Below are positions 19,153 through 30,016 of a stretch of 64,000 bases of DNA, one piece after another. Every line of letters starts with the position of its first letter. Position 1 is the first letter of the stretch. The stretch comes from Candidatus Poribacteria bacterium. Its GTDB lineage: Bacteria > Poribacteria > WGA-4E > PCPOR2b. The notes under the pieces were generated by a model. The model saw only the letters and a program-made list of their open reading frames with translations. It was not told the origin of the DNA and did not search any database. Both the position numbers and the translations under genes were made by a program. The stretch lies in assembly GCA_965218095.1 (NCBI GenBank), contig OZ244587.1, forward strand, positions 1,632,001 through 1,696,000, given 5' to 3'.

Positions 19153-21084
19153 TCAGATGATACGAGATGGCTCTTCTCCAGCAGCAACGGCCGTCCCGTT
19201 GGTAAGAACAATACCATTCTCACAGTGAGACTCGATTTGCCCGCCCTCAAACTGTTCCTCATAAAGCCGGGCATATAAACCATCCTTGGCGAGTAGCTCA
19301 TCATGCGTACCGTGTTCGACGATTCGACCGTGGTCAATGACATAAATTACGTCCGCAGCCAGAATCGTTGAGAGCCGGTGGGCGATGGCAATGGTTGTAC
19401 GTCCTTTCATCAGCGGTTCTAACGCGGCTTGGACATAACGTTCGCTCGCGGTATCCAGCGCAGAAGTCGCCTCATCCAGAATTAACAATCGCGGCTGGTG
19501 CAGAATCATTCGAGCGATTGAGAGCCGCTGACGTTCTCCACCTGAGAGCTGATAGCCGCGTTCCCCGACAATCGTGTCGTATCCGCCCGGGAACTCCATG
19601 ATGCGGTCGTGGATGTGGGCCGCTTTTGCTGCGGCTTCGAGTTCTTGTTGTGTTGCGTTCGGATTCCCATAGAGAAGATTGCTACGGAGGCTGCCATGGA
19701 AGAGATAGCTTTCCTGTGTCACATAACCGATGAGCCCAGCGAGCGATGCGAGGCTCATTTGTCGAACGTCGATTCCATCAATGCAAACTGTTCCCTCTGT
19801 CGGATCATAAAGCCGCGCAATGAGGTATGAAATCGTTGATTTGCCCGCGCCGCTTGGTCCCACGAAAGCCGCGAGCTGACCCTGTTGGATCTCAAAGCTG
19901 ACCCCATCAAGCGCCCATCGCTCCGACGTACCGCTGAGCTCTTTTCCTTCAAGCCGTTCTTGAGCGCTTAACCCATAACTGAGACGGACGGACTCGAACG
20001 TCACTATGCCGTTGACTTGTTTGGGTGTCAAGTCGATGGCGTTTGGGGTATCGACAATCTCCGGTTTTAGGTCGAGATATCCAAAAATCCGCTCGAACAG
20101 TGCCATTGATGATTGGAGTTCGATCGCGTTCCGCAGAAGTGAACCGATCGGAAAGTAGAATCTTACCTGCAAGGTGGTAAACGCGACGATTGTACCAGAA
20201 GAGATTTCAATTGACCATCTGCCGGAAATCAGATAGCCTGCAAGGACATAGATGACCACCGGAGAAATCGTGAAGGTGGTCTGTATCAACGCCCAGAACG
20301 CCTCGCCGATCATTTCCTGACGGACGACAATATCTGAGAGTCGTTGATTTTCGCTGTGGAATCGTTGTATTTCATCATTCTGTCGACCAAACAATTTTGC
20401 CAACATGACTCCAGAAACCGATAAAGTTTCTTGAGTAATTGCTGTCATTTCCGCCTTTGCGTCTTGTGCCTCAGCGGTCACCGCACGGCGTCGGTCGCCA
20501 ACGATCTTGTTTAACCAGATAAACAGCGGCACGATACCGACTGCCACCAACGTCAGGCGCCACGAGAGGATGGACATGGCAATTAAGGTGCTGATGATAC
20601 CAACGCTGTCGTAGATGACATCCGTGACTGTCGTGGTGACAACCATTTGAAGGTCTCCGACATCGTTGGCAATGCGCGACTGCAACTCACCTATGCGGGC
20701 ACCGGTGAAGAAACCGAGCGACTGACGGTGTAGATGCCGGTACAGTTTATCCCGGAGATCCCGCATGACACGCTGCCCCATTCTGTTGGCAAGCAAGCTC
20801 TGCCAGATTTGCAGTCCACCGCTGACAACCGTAATTCCCACCATGACTCCAGCGATTAACCACAACAACTTGAGGTTGGGATCGCCGTTTTTAGGGAAGA
20901 GGCCGTGGTCAAACACGTCCCGAATCATCAACGGGTTGACAATACCAAGCGCGGCAGCAACCAGAACGAGTAGCCCGATGATGGCGAGCCGTCTCCGATA
21001 AGGACGAAACAAGGCGACGATTCGCCGACCCAACCCACGATTCGTTTTCTCGTCGCCTGTCAGCTTACTAGAACTTGCGTTCAT
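19153..21084 (-). CDS. ABC transporter, fused permease/ATP-binding protein (exporter)
   Basis: N-terminal hydrophobic TM region, GPSGAGKS, LSGGERQR, LDEATSALD. Confidence 0.95.
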   Translation of the reverse strand: MNASSSKLTGDEKTNRGLGRRIVALFRPYRRRLAIIGLLVLVAAALGIVNPLMIRDVFDHGLFPKNGDPNLKLLWLIAGVMVGITVVSGGLQIWQSLLANRMGQRVMRDLRDKLYRHLHRQSLGFFTGARIGELQSRIANDVGDLQMVVTTTVTDVIYDSVGIISTLIAMSILSWRLTLVAVGIVPLFIWLNKIVGDRRRAVTAEAQDAKAEMTAITQETLSVSGVMLAKLFGRQNDEIQRFHSENQRLSDIVVRQEMIGEAFWALIQTTFTISPVVIYVLAGYLISGRWSIEISSGTIVAFTTLQVRFYFPIGSLLRNAIELQSSMALFERIFGYLDLKPEIVDTPNAIDLTPKQVNGIVTFESVRLSYGLSAQERLEGKELSGTSERWALDGVSFEIQQGQLAAFVGPSGAGKSTISYLIARLYDPTEGTVCIDGIDVRQMSLASLAGLIGYVTQESYLFHGSLRSNLLYGNPNATQQELEAAAKAAHIHDRIMEFPGGYDTIVGERGYQLSGGERQRLSIARMILHQPRLLILDEATSALDTASERYVQAALEPLMKGRTTIAIAHRLSTILAADVIYVIDHGRIVEHGTHDELLAKDGLYARLYEEQFEGGQIESHCENGIVLTNGTAVAAGEEPSRII

Positions 21085-21536
21085 AACAACAAACTCCTTC
21101 GATTTTTAACACGACGGTACTGCATCGACTGATGTATGGATCATCAGGATTCCTCCAAAACCGAAAGTGGCTTTGGCGCATTTGTGTGAGATTGGCGTTG
21201 TGCGCCAATCGGCGACCGTGCAGCGGAGTGAAAATTATTTATGGGGAATTAGTTGGCAAGAATATAGCCACGACACAGGTTTCAAAATGCTAGTTTTTAG
21301 CGCAGCTAAAAATGAATCCTTGCTATGACTGGATCTTTGTTTTCAAACTGGCGCCATTTGTCCTTAACATATCGTCAATAAGGATACTATACTTCCGCAG
21401 AAATTGCCACAGAATTTTAACGCAATAGAAATTCTCCACCGCGAAACAAAGCATTGTCCATGGCTGCGATTTTCCATTCCGTTACTTCTACAACTTCGAT
21501 GAGTGACAGGAATTAGGCGCCTTGAAAGGAACACGA

Positions 21537-24203
21537 ATGGAGAAAATCACTATGCTGAATATGGGTGTTATGTTCTTTTGCCTGGCCCTGGCCGGCAGCG
21601 GGGTCGGTGCACTCGCGGATGATAGCGGATCATGGCGAGACGCCTCCCGGCGTAATGAGCTCAAGAACGAGGCACTGGTGGCGTGGTTTCAATCGGGCCT
21701 TCTCTACCGGTTGGAAGACGGTACCACGGGAAAGTCCCTCCTCGATCTCGATCCTGAGAGTTTGCCGGCGGAGGCACCGCTTTTCGGCCGCGTGGGAATT
21801 GACCTGGATGCGTGCCAGGTGTCCGTGGAGGTCACGGCGGATTCAGTAGTCAGCCGATTTCGGTCCCCGGGCGGGACAGAGTGGGATCTACACTGGTCGA
21901 TCGAGCCGGGCCGGGGTGACCTGGTCTTACAGACTGCGGCCCGAAGTGCCGAACCGGTGGATCGAATCCAGTTGGTGCTCGCTGGCTGCGACATAGCCGA
22001 CCACAGCTTGGTCGTGGTGGATGGCAACGGCAACGCCCAGAAGTTGGACGCTCCCTGGGAAGGAGGATTTCACGACGCTGCGCTCCCTGAATTCGGCTTC
22101 AGTCCGAGATATGTTCACCCGTTGGTCGCCCTGTTTCAGGGCGAGAATTCAGGCTGGTTTCTGGAGGGGCGTGACTTGCGCATTGGGCCAGCCAATCTGC
22201 TCAACCAGGGGAAGGGCCAGACCGCCACGCTGGTTCCGGTCCGAGGTTTTCCGTCGGCGACCCGGACACCCCGGCTGTTTGAAATCCGGATACGCGCATA
22301 CCAGGGCGACTGGCAGGACGCAGTCGATCCGTACGTGGACTGGATGGAACGCAAGGTCGGCTTTGTGCCTCTTGATAAGAAGCCTCAGAAGTGGGTTCAA
22401 AACATTCGCAGTCAGGCCTATGTCAATGTCGGCGATTTCGAAGGCCTGCAAGTCCTGGCCAGGCGGCTGGACCCGGCCAAGACCCTCCTGGGCCGAATGG
22501 GGGGGTACCGTCCCTATGCCTGGGATCACAACTTTCCGGACTATACACCCTCCGAGGACGCTGTGCGGTGGTTCAAGCGGGCCCGGGAACTTGGCTTCCA
22601 CGTGGGAGCCCACGTCAACACCGCCGGCCTTGACCCCTCCTACTCGGAACTCGTCGAACGTTTCCGGCGGGGTTTTATGGAGATCTCGCTCGACTCCGAG
22701 GGGAACGAGACGTTCACGGACCCGCCGCCGATGCATTCTGGCCGCATCGAGGTAGAAACCAAAGACGGGAAGCGTACCTACTGGGGTGCCCCTCCCACCG
22801 TCTTGTACACCTCAACGGCCAATAAGGACTGGCGTGACCACCTGATCGGACGGCTTCGGCCACTGGTGGAAGCCGGCGTGGACATGATCTACTTAGATGA
22901 GTCGATGGCCCCGACCGGCAAATTCATCGTGGATGGCACGACCGCAATCCAGGGCGTCATGGCACTGGAAAAGGAAATCTTGGAAGCCTACCCGCATGTG
23001 GTTATCGAGACCGAACAGATTAATCTGATGAACGCGCGCTGGAGCAGCTTTGCCCTCACCACTCTCGACCTTGGCCATCCCCTGGGCGGATACATCTACA
23101 GCCGCTTCGTGAAGTTCGTCCCGGAGGGTTATTTCTACGAGCCCCAGAACGAGAAGCACCTCAACGAATTCCAATCCTTCGGCTTCCTGCTTCCCGGGGC
23201 GAACAAGGAGCGGTCTTGGATGGATATTGCTAATGCCTTCCAGGATTTTGACCTTGCTCCCGTCTCCCGCCTCCCGCGGAAGTTCTACCAGCTCTCTGGC
23301 TTCCGAGGACCCGAGGGCGTCGTCGCGTACTATGAAAAGCATCCCCGGAAGCGTGGCCTCGTAGTCTACGTACCCGCTAAGGCACCCAGGTGGTTCGGCA
23401 CCCGGGTAACCGGCGTGAAGACCTGGGCGGGGCCCGGCGGGCTGCGCGACTGGTTCCTCTACGACGGCGCGACTCTGCTGGGACTCAATCCCAAGCAGAC
23501 GTACGTGTTCGATGAAACTGTAACACTGCTCCAAGACAGTTTCCATGTGACCCGCCTGCCCCCCGACTTCGCGGTGCACACAAAGTCGATTGATCTTTTT
23601 GGGGGCCAGGAGGTGGGGCCCAACGGCTCTTTTCACAAGCTGACATTCACGGGAACTGGTGAGATCGAAATGTTTGTCCCGGATGATGTACATGCGTTTC
23701 TTGACGGCGAAGAAGTACCCGCTGACCCGGCCACAAGAGCAGCCCGGGGTCACGTGATGGCGTCGGTTGAAAACCCTACGACGCTTATGGCTTACCGCGT
23801 ATCGGACACCGAGCTTGCAGGTGAATGGGTTAGTCTTCCCTGGCAGACATCGATTAAGCAAGACCCCGGGATGATTTTGGCCGAGGGTAGTGGGTTCTTC
23901 AATCACGTTGGGGCAGAGGCCAAAATCATCGGCCGCCTGCCGGATGCCACCAGCATCCGGCTTCAGGGTTCCTGGCAGATGGGCGATCGACCCCGAGGGG
24001 TCGGGGACGCCGTGGTCAGGATCAACGGCCAGGAGGTCGTGCGGCTACCCACCGGCCCGAAACCATACCAGCTACAAAGCTTCGACGTGGACGTCTCGAC
24101 CTTCGCCGGAAAGCACGTCTTCCTGGAGTTTGCAGTCGACGGCGAACACGGCGGCTTCGCCCCCTCAAGCTGGTACAATCCACGGATTGCCGTGAGCCGG
24201 TAA
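21537..24203 (+). CDS. Large secreted protein, probable glycoside hydrolase-like TIM barrel with C-terminal beta-sandwich
   Basis: Signal peptide-like LALAGSGVGALA; WDHNFPDY, RARELGFHVGAHVN, GVDMIYLDE. Confidence 0.7.
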   Translation: MEKITMLNMGVMFFCLALAGSGVGALADDSGSWRDASRRNELKNEALVAWFQSGLLYRLEDGTTGKSLLDLDPESLPAEAPLFGRVGIDLDACQVSVEVTADSVVSRFRSPGGTEWDLHWSIEPGRGDLVLQTAARSAEPVDRIQLVLAGCDIADHSLVVVDGNGNAQKLDAPWEGGFHDAALPEFGFSPRYVHPLVALFQGENSGWFLEGRDLRIGPANLLNQGKGQTATLVPVRGFPSATRTPRLFEIRIRAYQGDWQDAVDPYVDWMERKVGFVPLDKKPQKWVQNIRSQAYVNVGDFEGLQVLARRLDPAKTLLGRMGGYRPYAWDHNFPDYTPSEDAVRWFKRARELGFHVGAHVNTAGLDPSYSELVERFRRGFMEISLDSEGNETFTDPPPMHSGRIEVETKDGKRTYWGAPPTVLYTSTANKDWRDHLIGRLRPLVEAGVDMIYLDESMAPTGKFIVDGTTAIQGVMALEKEILEAYPHVVIETEQINLMNARWSSFALTTLDLGHPLGGYIYSRFVKFVPEGYFYEPQNEKHLNEFQSFGFLLPGANKERSWMDIANAFQDFDLAPVSRLPRKFYQLSGFRGPEGVVAYYEKHPRKRGLVVYVPAKAPRWFGTRVTGVKTWAGPGGLRDWFLYDGATLLGLNPKQTYVFDETVTLLQDSFHVTRLPPDFAVHTKSIDLFGGQEVGPNGSFHKLTFTGTGEIEMFVPDDVHAFLDGEEVPADPATRAARGHVMASVENPTTLMAYRVSDTELAGEWVSLPWQTSIKQDPGMILAEGSGFFNHVGAEAKIIGRLPDATSIRLQGSWQMGDRPRGVGDAVVRINGQEVVRLPTGPKPYQLQSFDVDVSTFAGKHVFLEFAVDGEHGGFAPSSWYNPRIAVSR

Positions 24204-24314
24204 CCGGTGTATCGATTGGGCGGCTTGGCGACATAGTCCCAACCAACTAATCAAGGAAAGGATCATTATGTCTCTGTTAGATTAAAAGAGCTTATCGGCA
24301 AATCCACTGCTGGC

Positions 24315-24386
24315 TCGCCCCCCCGGCCCCCCAATGCTGGGGGGAGAATCACACAAACTTCCCCAGAATTGGGGGCCGGGGGGCGA
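24315..24386. repeat. GC-rich REP-like doublet (CCCCC-N6-GGGGG class)
   Basis: TCGCCCCCCCGGCCCCCCAATGCTGGGGG ... CCCCCAGAATTGGGGGCCGGGGGGCGA. Confidence 0.7.
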
Positions 24387-24407
24387 ATGTAACAAAGTCA
24401 AATTATT

Positions 24408-24788
24408 ATGAACACGATAGACGCGATTGTCAGGATGTTGAAAGTTGAAGGAATCGAGCATCTGAACTGTTTCCCCACAACACCTATTATTGAAGCCGCC
24501 GCGCAGGTGGGCACCCGCCCCATCGTCTGCCGCTAGGAGCGGGTAGGCGTTCGTATTACAGACGGATTCTCAAGGGTCACAAATGGGTCCCGGCCCGGTG
24601 TCTTTGCCATGCAATATGGCCTGGGGACCGAAAACAGTTTCGTCGGTGTGGCGATCGCTTTTTCCGACTCGGTTCCCATGCTTTTATTGCCCCTCGGGCA
24701 CCAATTAGATCGCCAGGGCATCTGGCCGTTTTTTCGCTCGGAGATAAGTTATGCTGCCATTACCAAGCAGTTAGAAGTCGTGGTTTAG
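24408..24788 (+). pseudogene. Thiamine-diphosphate-dependent enzyme (acetolactate synthase-like), N-terminal remnant
   Basis: MNTIDAIVRMLKVEG...IVCR*ERVG...DGFSRVTNG...AFSDSVPMLLL; internal TAG at 24534 and truncation. Confidence 0.8.
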
Positions 24789-24985
24789 GGCTTTATGCCC
24801 ATCCATGCTTGGCTCGGCATTTCAAAACTAGCACCAAAGATTCACATATTGCATTATGTCCAATTTCGCGAAAATGTCTGTAGACTTCTACTCTGTAGAC
24901 TCCTACGAGGAGAAGCGATGTTCAATCTAAAGAAGATGGCGATCGGCCTTGCCGCTCACCACTTTTTTGTTATGGAGGTACCATT

Positions 24986-26191
24986 ATGACTATGATTAAC
25001 ACCATGGCTCTCAGCGATCAACAGATAGCTGACTACCATGAGAACGGCTATGCGATTGTTCGCAATGTACTGTCCCCTGACGAAGCAGATGAGCTTCGTC
25101 GTATCGTCCAACAACAAGCGCAATCCAATGCGTACCCACCCTCGCTCAAGTATCCTGAGCCAGGGAAGTACACGATCAGCGGCAATAAGATGGCGGAGTC
25201 CGGACTGGCCCCCATTGCTGAACATCCGGCAGTTGTGGATGCTGTTGAGTGCGTGCTCGGTCAGCCAGCGCATCTGACTGCCTTCGTTGCATATCTGCGG
25301 ACCCCGGGCAATAAAGGTTCTGGAGCGCACTGTGACTACAAACGGTGGCGCCCGGTGGGCTCATCCATGAACTGGGTGTTCGCGATCATTCCACTGACCG
25401 ATTTCGATTCAGTGTATGGCCCATTTCTGGTGTCCCCCGGATCTCATAAGCTGACCCGGGTTATCGACGAGGAGGCGCACATACTGGATCTCATCTGTCC
25501 TGACGCCGCCCAACTGCCTCCTTTTATCGATCCGGAACTCAAGGCAGGCGACTTACTGGTTGTGAACGGGCATACGTGGCATAAAGCGCCAGCCGGTACG
25601 TCCACGGAAGACCGTTGCGGTATTTTCCATAAATATTGTGCGGTCAACGCGCCCCCTGCCGCGGGATACTATCCATACAATCCCGCAGCCCTTAGCACAT
25701 TGAGCGACACTGGCAAACGCCTCATCCCTGTTTGTTTTGACAAGCCTATCACGACGACACGCTTGCTCATCGAGCGTCCGTCTGGCGAGGAATCGAAATT
25801 CCTGCTTCTACACGACGATGAAAATGCTCGCTGGGACTTGCCGGGGGGAGAGGGATGGGAAGAAGAAGAGGGGGTCGGCTGGGACGTCGGCGCACGGATC
25901 GGTTCTTTGCAAGCGCTCATTCAAGCACAACTCGGTATAGACGTTCCATGGATGTCCTATATCGAAGATGTTGAAAACGAAAACGGCATCTGCCGTGTTT
26001 ATGGTTTCTCAGATGAAATTCTGACCGCTGACTCACTTCCCAACGGTCACGACTGGTTCACGAAAGACCGCCTGCAACAGACGCTTGGGGACGATGACTA
26101 TATCTGTCACGCGATTCACACCTGGCGCCGAGGTGATATCATTCGGGGCAAAGGCAAAGCGTGCAATCAAAGTAAACATCAATTCGACTAA
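24986..26191 (+). CDS. PhyH family dioxygenase with C-terminal NUDIX-like domain
   Basis: AHCDY (HxD), GPFLVSPGSH, TWH; then FLLLHD...WDLPGGEGWEEEE. Confidence 0.8.
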   Translation: MTMINTMALSDQQIADYHENGYAIVRNVLSPDEADELRRIVQQQAQSNAYPPSLKYPEPGKYTISGNKMAESGLAPIAEHPAVVDAVECVLGQPAHLTAFVAYLRTPGNKGSGAHCDYKRWRPVGSSMNWVFAIIPLTDFDSVYGPFLVSPGSHKLTRVIDEEAHILDLICPDAAQLPPFIDPELKAGDLLVVNGHTWHKAPAGTSTEDRCGIFHKYCAVNAPPAAGYYPYNPAALSTLSDTGKRLIPVCFDKPITTTRLLIERPSGEESKFLLLHDDENARWDLPGGEGWEEEEGVGWDVGARIGSLQALIQAQLGIDVPWMSYIEDVENENGICRVYGFSDEILTADSLPNGHDWFTKDRLQQTLGDDDYICHAIHTWRRGDIIRGKGKACNQSKHQFD

Positions 26192-26607
26192 ATCCGCACC
26201 TCAACCCAAATCCAGCTTTCAGTAACTGTTTCTCACTGCGAATTTTCCATCTTGCACCTTCACCCTAATATCGTATAGCCCAACAAACGGTCGTTTCTTG
26301 GACTCGGATATCCTTTTCCAAAATCAACCGCAAATCCTCACTTCCAGCGTCCATAAACTCCGTCCAAGAATCAACTAGAAAATGAGCGTTTAGCAGACAC
26401 TCCAAGAAAACGGTTCAAATCTAGTTTACATCAGGGTTTGAGCCGTTCTTCATTTGAAATGATGTAACAAAATAGCCCATAGTGTTTCACACCCGCCGGT
26501 AGTCATGCCGTAGCTTCTCCCATTGCTTCTGACGAAAACTGACTGTCAAAGACTTTCGCTGCACCGCGATCGCATCGGGCGGTTTGAATAGCGCGCAGCG
26601 TGGCTGT

Positions 26608-27891
26608 TTATGGTCGCCAACTGGCGATGAAGTCATCAACATCGAAATCAGCGGGCATGTCGGTGTAGAGCGTTCTCAGGGAGCGAGAATGGAAGTTTGG
26701 GACGCTCGCCTCCGCATTCGGTTTCAGTTCGGCAAACAGCTTTGCATAATGCTCGTGACAGCGCGCTGCGCCCCCTTCAAGCCTATCGGACAGCTTTGAT
26801 AAACGCTGGCGGAGGGTATCGGCTTCCTCAAACGAGAAGCGATGCCCGAAATCCTCGTAAAATTGGTAATCCGCCGTCCCTGCGACAACGCGAGCGCGTT
26901 CAGTCTGCGGCAAGGCGGCAATCTCAGGATTTTTCAGTTTGTAGATTTTGTTCGCTAACCTGGCCAGCAGCATGACGCACACCATCCGCCCGCGTTCACC
27001 GGGGTGGAGTGTAGCCAGGCCGGTCCGAAAGGGAGCCACGTCTTTGCTCAGGATGGCGCGGAAGACGGCTTCAATCTGGTCACGCTCCTGGGTATGCAGT
27101 TCGACGAACCGCTCAAATTTGGCGCGCACTTTCGGCGATAAGCACTTTGTGAAATTCAGATTCCTAGCCCAGTGAAAGTGGTGCACGTAGGGAAAGATGT
27201 CGGTGCCGAAAGCGCGATACCCCAAATGGATCGTCCGCCGCAGTTTCGTGGTATAGTTGCTGCCCCAATGCATGATGATGTTGGGATACACGACGCCGTC
27301 GCCCGCTTTGAGTTTCACTTGGACACCGCCCGGCAACGGAACGCACGGATCGATGAGCAACTGGCGGTTTTGCGCATCGTCGTCGGGACGTCGATGACTG
27401 CCCGGCACGACCCACAACACATCGTCATCGTAGAGCGCAATGTTCCATTGGACATAGCCCGGCATATTTTCGACGAGGTCCATCTGCAAGCCGCACAACG
27501 GCGCCTGTTCCATGCAGTCAATATCGCGATGCCAGTCGGTCGCCCCGTAGTCATGCACCCCGCTGCATAAAACCTGCATATTTGTGAGCGTCGTTTCTTC
27601 ACACTGCATCAGTTGACGGCTGACGCCCAACGTGTTTTCGTGCAGGCAGAATTCCACGGTGTTGGCTGTGGCTTCGTCAACAACGGCGTCGATATTCACG
27701 CGGGGTTGTGCGGAGACCTCCCACGCCCCACCCGGCGGCTCATCCGGTTTTCGATCCCGCGCCGAGATAGCTTTCTGCCGGTCGACAAGCGTTTCAACGC
27801 TGGCGCGTAGTTCATCCAACTGCGCCGGAGGGACAACCTCGCGCAAAATAATAAAACCCTCGTCCAGCAACTGTTCTGGACTGACTTTCAT
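26608..27891 (-). CDS. Long PhyH family dioxygenase (paralog of 31131-32342)
   Basis: DWHRD, YVQWNIALYDD, VPGSH, MHWGSNY. Confidence 0.88.
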   Translation of the reverse strand: MKVSPEQLLDEGFIILREVVPPAQLDELRASVETLVDRQKAISARDRKPDEPPGGAWEVSAQPRVNIDAVVDEATANTVEFCLHENTLGVSRQLMQCEETTLTNMQVLCSGVHDYGATDWHRDIDCMEQAPLCGLQMDLVENMPGYVQWNIALYDDDVLWVVPGSHRRPDDDAQNRQLLIDPCVPLPGGVQVKLKAGDGVVYPNIIMHWGSNYTTKLRRTIHLGYRAFGTDIFPYVHHFHWARNLNFTKCLSPKVRAKFERFVELHTQERDQIEAVFRAILSKDVAPFRTGLATLHPGERGRMVCVMLLARLANKIYKLKNPEIAALPQTERARVVAGTADYQFYEDFGHRFSFEEADTLRQRLSKLSDRLEGGAARCHEHYAKLFAELKPNAEASVPNFHSRSLRTLYTDMPADFDVDDFIASWRP

Positions 27892-28072
27892 CGTTATTTT
27901 CTCCTGAGTAGTAAGCAGTTGGCAACCTATTGGTAAGCCACTTTACCCATTCTTGACTTTGGGATCAACAGAAATCTCTGGAACTTCTTTTCTTATCAAA
28001 ATGAGACGGTATGGATGGCGTGGTGCCCCACCGAATTCGGCTGCGAGATTGAGACTGTTGAGCGAGATTCTA

Positions 28073-28601
28073 ATGGATATACAACTAACATCAGTTCAAA
28101 AGGAAGCGTATCAGCGCGATGATTATACGATAATTAAAGGCGTCTTCGGTTCCGATGAGTGTAATTGGTTTATCGACTACATGATGGATCTGCATGATGG
28201 ATCTGCATGCGGGGCGCAAGACAGTCGAAGGCTACGGCCCCCGCGATCCGGACGACTGGAGTCGGACGCATAATCGGTCCCTTCACGAGCCTGTGGGCAT
28301 GGCTTGGATGCTTTCTCCTAGACTGCGCCAGCTACTGCGCACCTTCCTCGGTGATGAGCCCGATGCGGTGCAGAGTATGTATTTCTACAAAGGCTCGGAA
28401 CAGCATCGGCATTAGGATGCGTGCCATCTCCCAGGCTGCATGTCGGCATGGATCGCCCTTCAGGAGATCGGCGCATGGAACGGAAGCATCCATATCCAAC
28501 TCGGCTCCCACAACGAGCCGATCATTGATAAGAAGGATTTCAGAGCGGATGAGGACGGCACCCCGGGCGCCTGGTACGGTTGGAATCACGAAGACACATA
28601 A
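28073..28601 (+). pseudogene. PhyH family pseudogene
   Basis: 13-bp tandem duplication ATGATGGATCTGC (28181-28206) shifts frame; TAG at 28413 in the HxD motif (H*D); GSH motif retained; truncated. Confidence 0.8.
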
Positions 28602-28828
28602 GCGATGCCAAAGCCGCGTATAATGTTCGACCATGATGCACGTTACCCACTCATCTATATGTATCAACCGCCCATAAACTCGGTCCCTCCGAGCACGTGG
28701 TGAGTTAGGTGTCGAGAAATGACAATTTTGTAGCGTCAAACTGAACACCGTACCTGGGAAGTTATAAGCACCTAGATTTTGCCCAAATTCCTGCACAGTT
28801 CCTACGGCGGGTGCCGCTGTGGGGCCCT

Positions 28829-29986
28829 CTACTTCTTCACCGGCTTCCAGCGAATGGCGTACATATCGGTGTTGTCTCTGACCGCGTCCCACGATCCGGG
28901 AGCCTGGCTTGAGCCGCAGATCGACAGGATCGTGTCGTCCGCGAACACCACACTGGCGCTGTAACTGCCGGTGAAGGTCGTGGAATCGAGGTAATAGACT
29001 TCGTCCAGCCAGGTCCTGCCTTCGTTCCGGCTGATCATCGCTCGGGAGCCGGGCGGTCCGGGCCCGTACCGTGTGTCGTGAATAACGATTACTGTCCCGT
29101 CGCTCTGGGCGGCAGGATAGCCAAAAGTCTGGCCGTACACTGTGCACAGCATACGCGGTGGATTCCACGTTAGGCCGCCATCCTCTGAGTCCATTACAAA
29201 CACATTCTTGAAGCCCCGGCCCTGGTCAGTGCCGTTCAGATGGCCGACCATTTCCTCGGTATCAGATGGCAGGGGCGGACGCTGATATCGCATCGTTGCA
29301 AATACGCGACTGGACGGCGTCAGCGTCGCCGTGCCCTCCGAACCCCAGTCAGTCATCAGAATGGGCCCCTGCCAAGTATAGCCGGCATCCGTTGAGCGGA
29401 AAGTGTAACAGCCGTTCAGGGTGATTGGTGTGTCGCGGATGTCCACTGTCCATAGCAGCGTGTCATCCTGGAGTCGGTTCAGCCCGCGGTGTGTGTAGCG
29501 TTCGGTGTAGAGTCGGCCGTCGGGCAGATTCATCTCGATAGGAATCTCAGCCCGCTTCGTCCACGTCATGCCCTTGTCCTGGGAGACCGACACAATGGCC
29601 GGCTCCCGCGCATCTCGCCCCGTTGAGCAGTTGACGCTGATGAAAGCGCCGTCGCGCAACACCTTCCAGCGCCAGCCCAGAGCTCCCTCCAAAATCGCCA
29701 GGGACCGCGACGTCCAAGTGCACCCCCCATCCGTGGATTTGCACAAGACCTGCGACTGTCGCACGTACACCGTGTCGTCCGGTCCCAGGTCTACGTGTAC
29801 GCCCTGCGGGCTCATGTCATTGCTGTGCGGCAAAAGTGCCTTTTCCACCGGAACCTGGGTCAGCTTGCCTCCGGCGGCGTGCAGGATGTACTGGCTGTCG
29901 TGCATCTGCTTGAGTGTTTCAGCCGATGGCACGTCAACCCCGCCGAGTCGATCTGTGCGCAGTTTCGGCTCGATGATTACTTTCAT
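28829..29986 (-). CDS. BNR/Asp-box repeat (sialidase-like) protein
   Basis: STDGGCTW, SQDKGMTW, STDAGYTW, SEDGGLTW, SRNEGRTW. Confidence 0.88.
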   Translation of the reverse strand: MKVIIEPKLRTDRLGGVDVPSAETLKQMHDSQYILHAAGGKLTQVPVEKALLPHSNDMSPQGVHVDLGPDDTVYVRQSQVLCKSTDGGCTWTSRSLAILEGALGWRWKVLRDGAFISVNCSTGRDAREPAIVSVSQDKGMTWTKRAEIPIEMNLPDGRLYTERYTHRGLNRLQDDTLLWTVDIRDTPITLNGCYTFRSTDAGYTWQGPILMTDWGSEGTATLTPSSRVFATMRYQRPPLPSDTEEMVGHLNGTDQGRGFKNVFVMDSEDGGLTWNPPRMLCTVYGQTFGYPAAQSDGTVIVIHDTRYGPGPPGSRAMISRNEGRTWLDEVYYLDSTTFTGSYSASVVFADDTILSICGSSQAPGSWDAVRDNTDMYAIRWKPVKK

Positions 29987-30016
29987 TGGCCCTTCTTGCA
30001 TCCTTAGTCCTCTTTC

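Noticed and set aside
22893-23906. 337-aa minus-strand ORF
   Set aside because: Lies entirely opposite the 893-aa gene in GC-rich DNA with no motifs
26260-26480. Intergenic hairpin region as possible IS remnant or sRNA
   Set aside because: No TIR/TSD pair found; most simply a terminator region between convergent genes
28332-29168. 278-aa ORF
   Set aside because: Alternative frame overlapping the BNR gene and PhyH pseudogene; Arg-rich, no motifs
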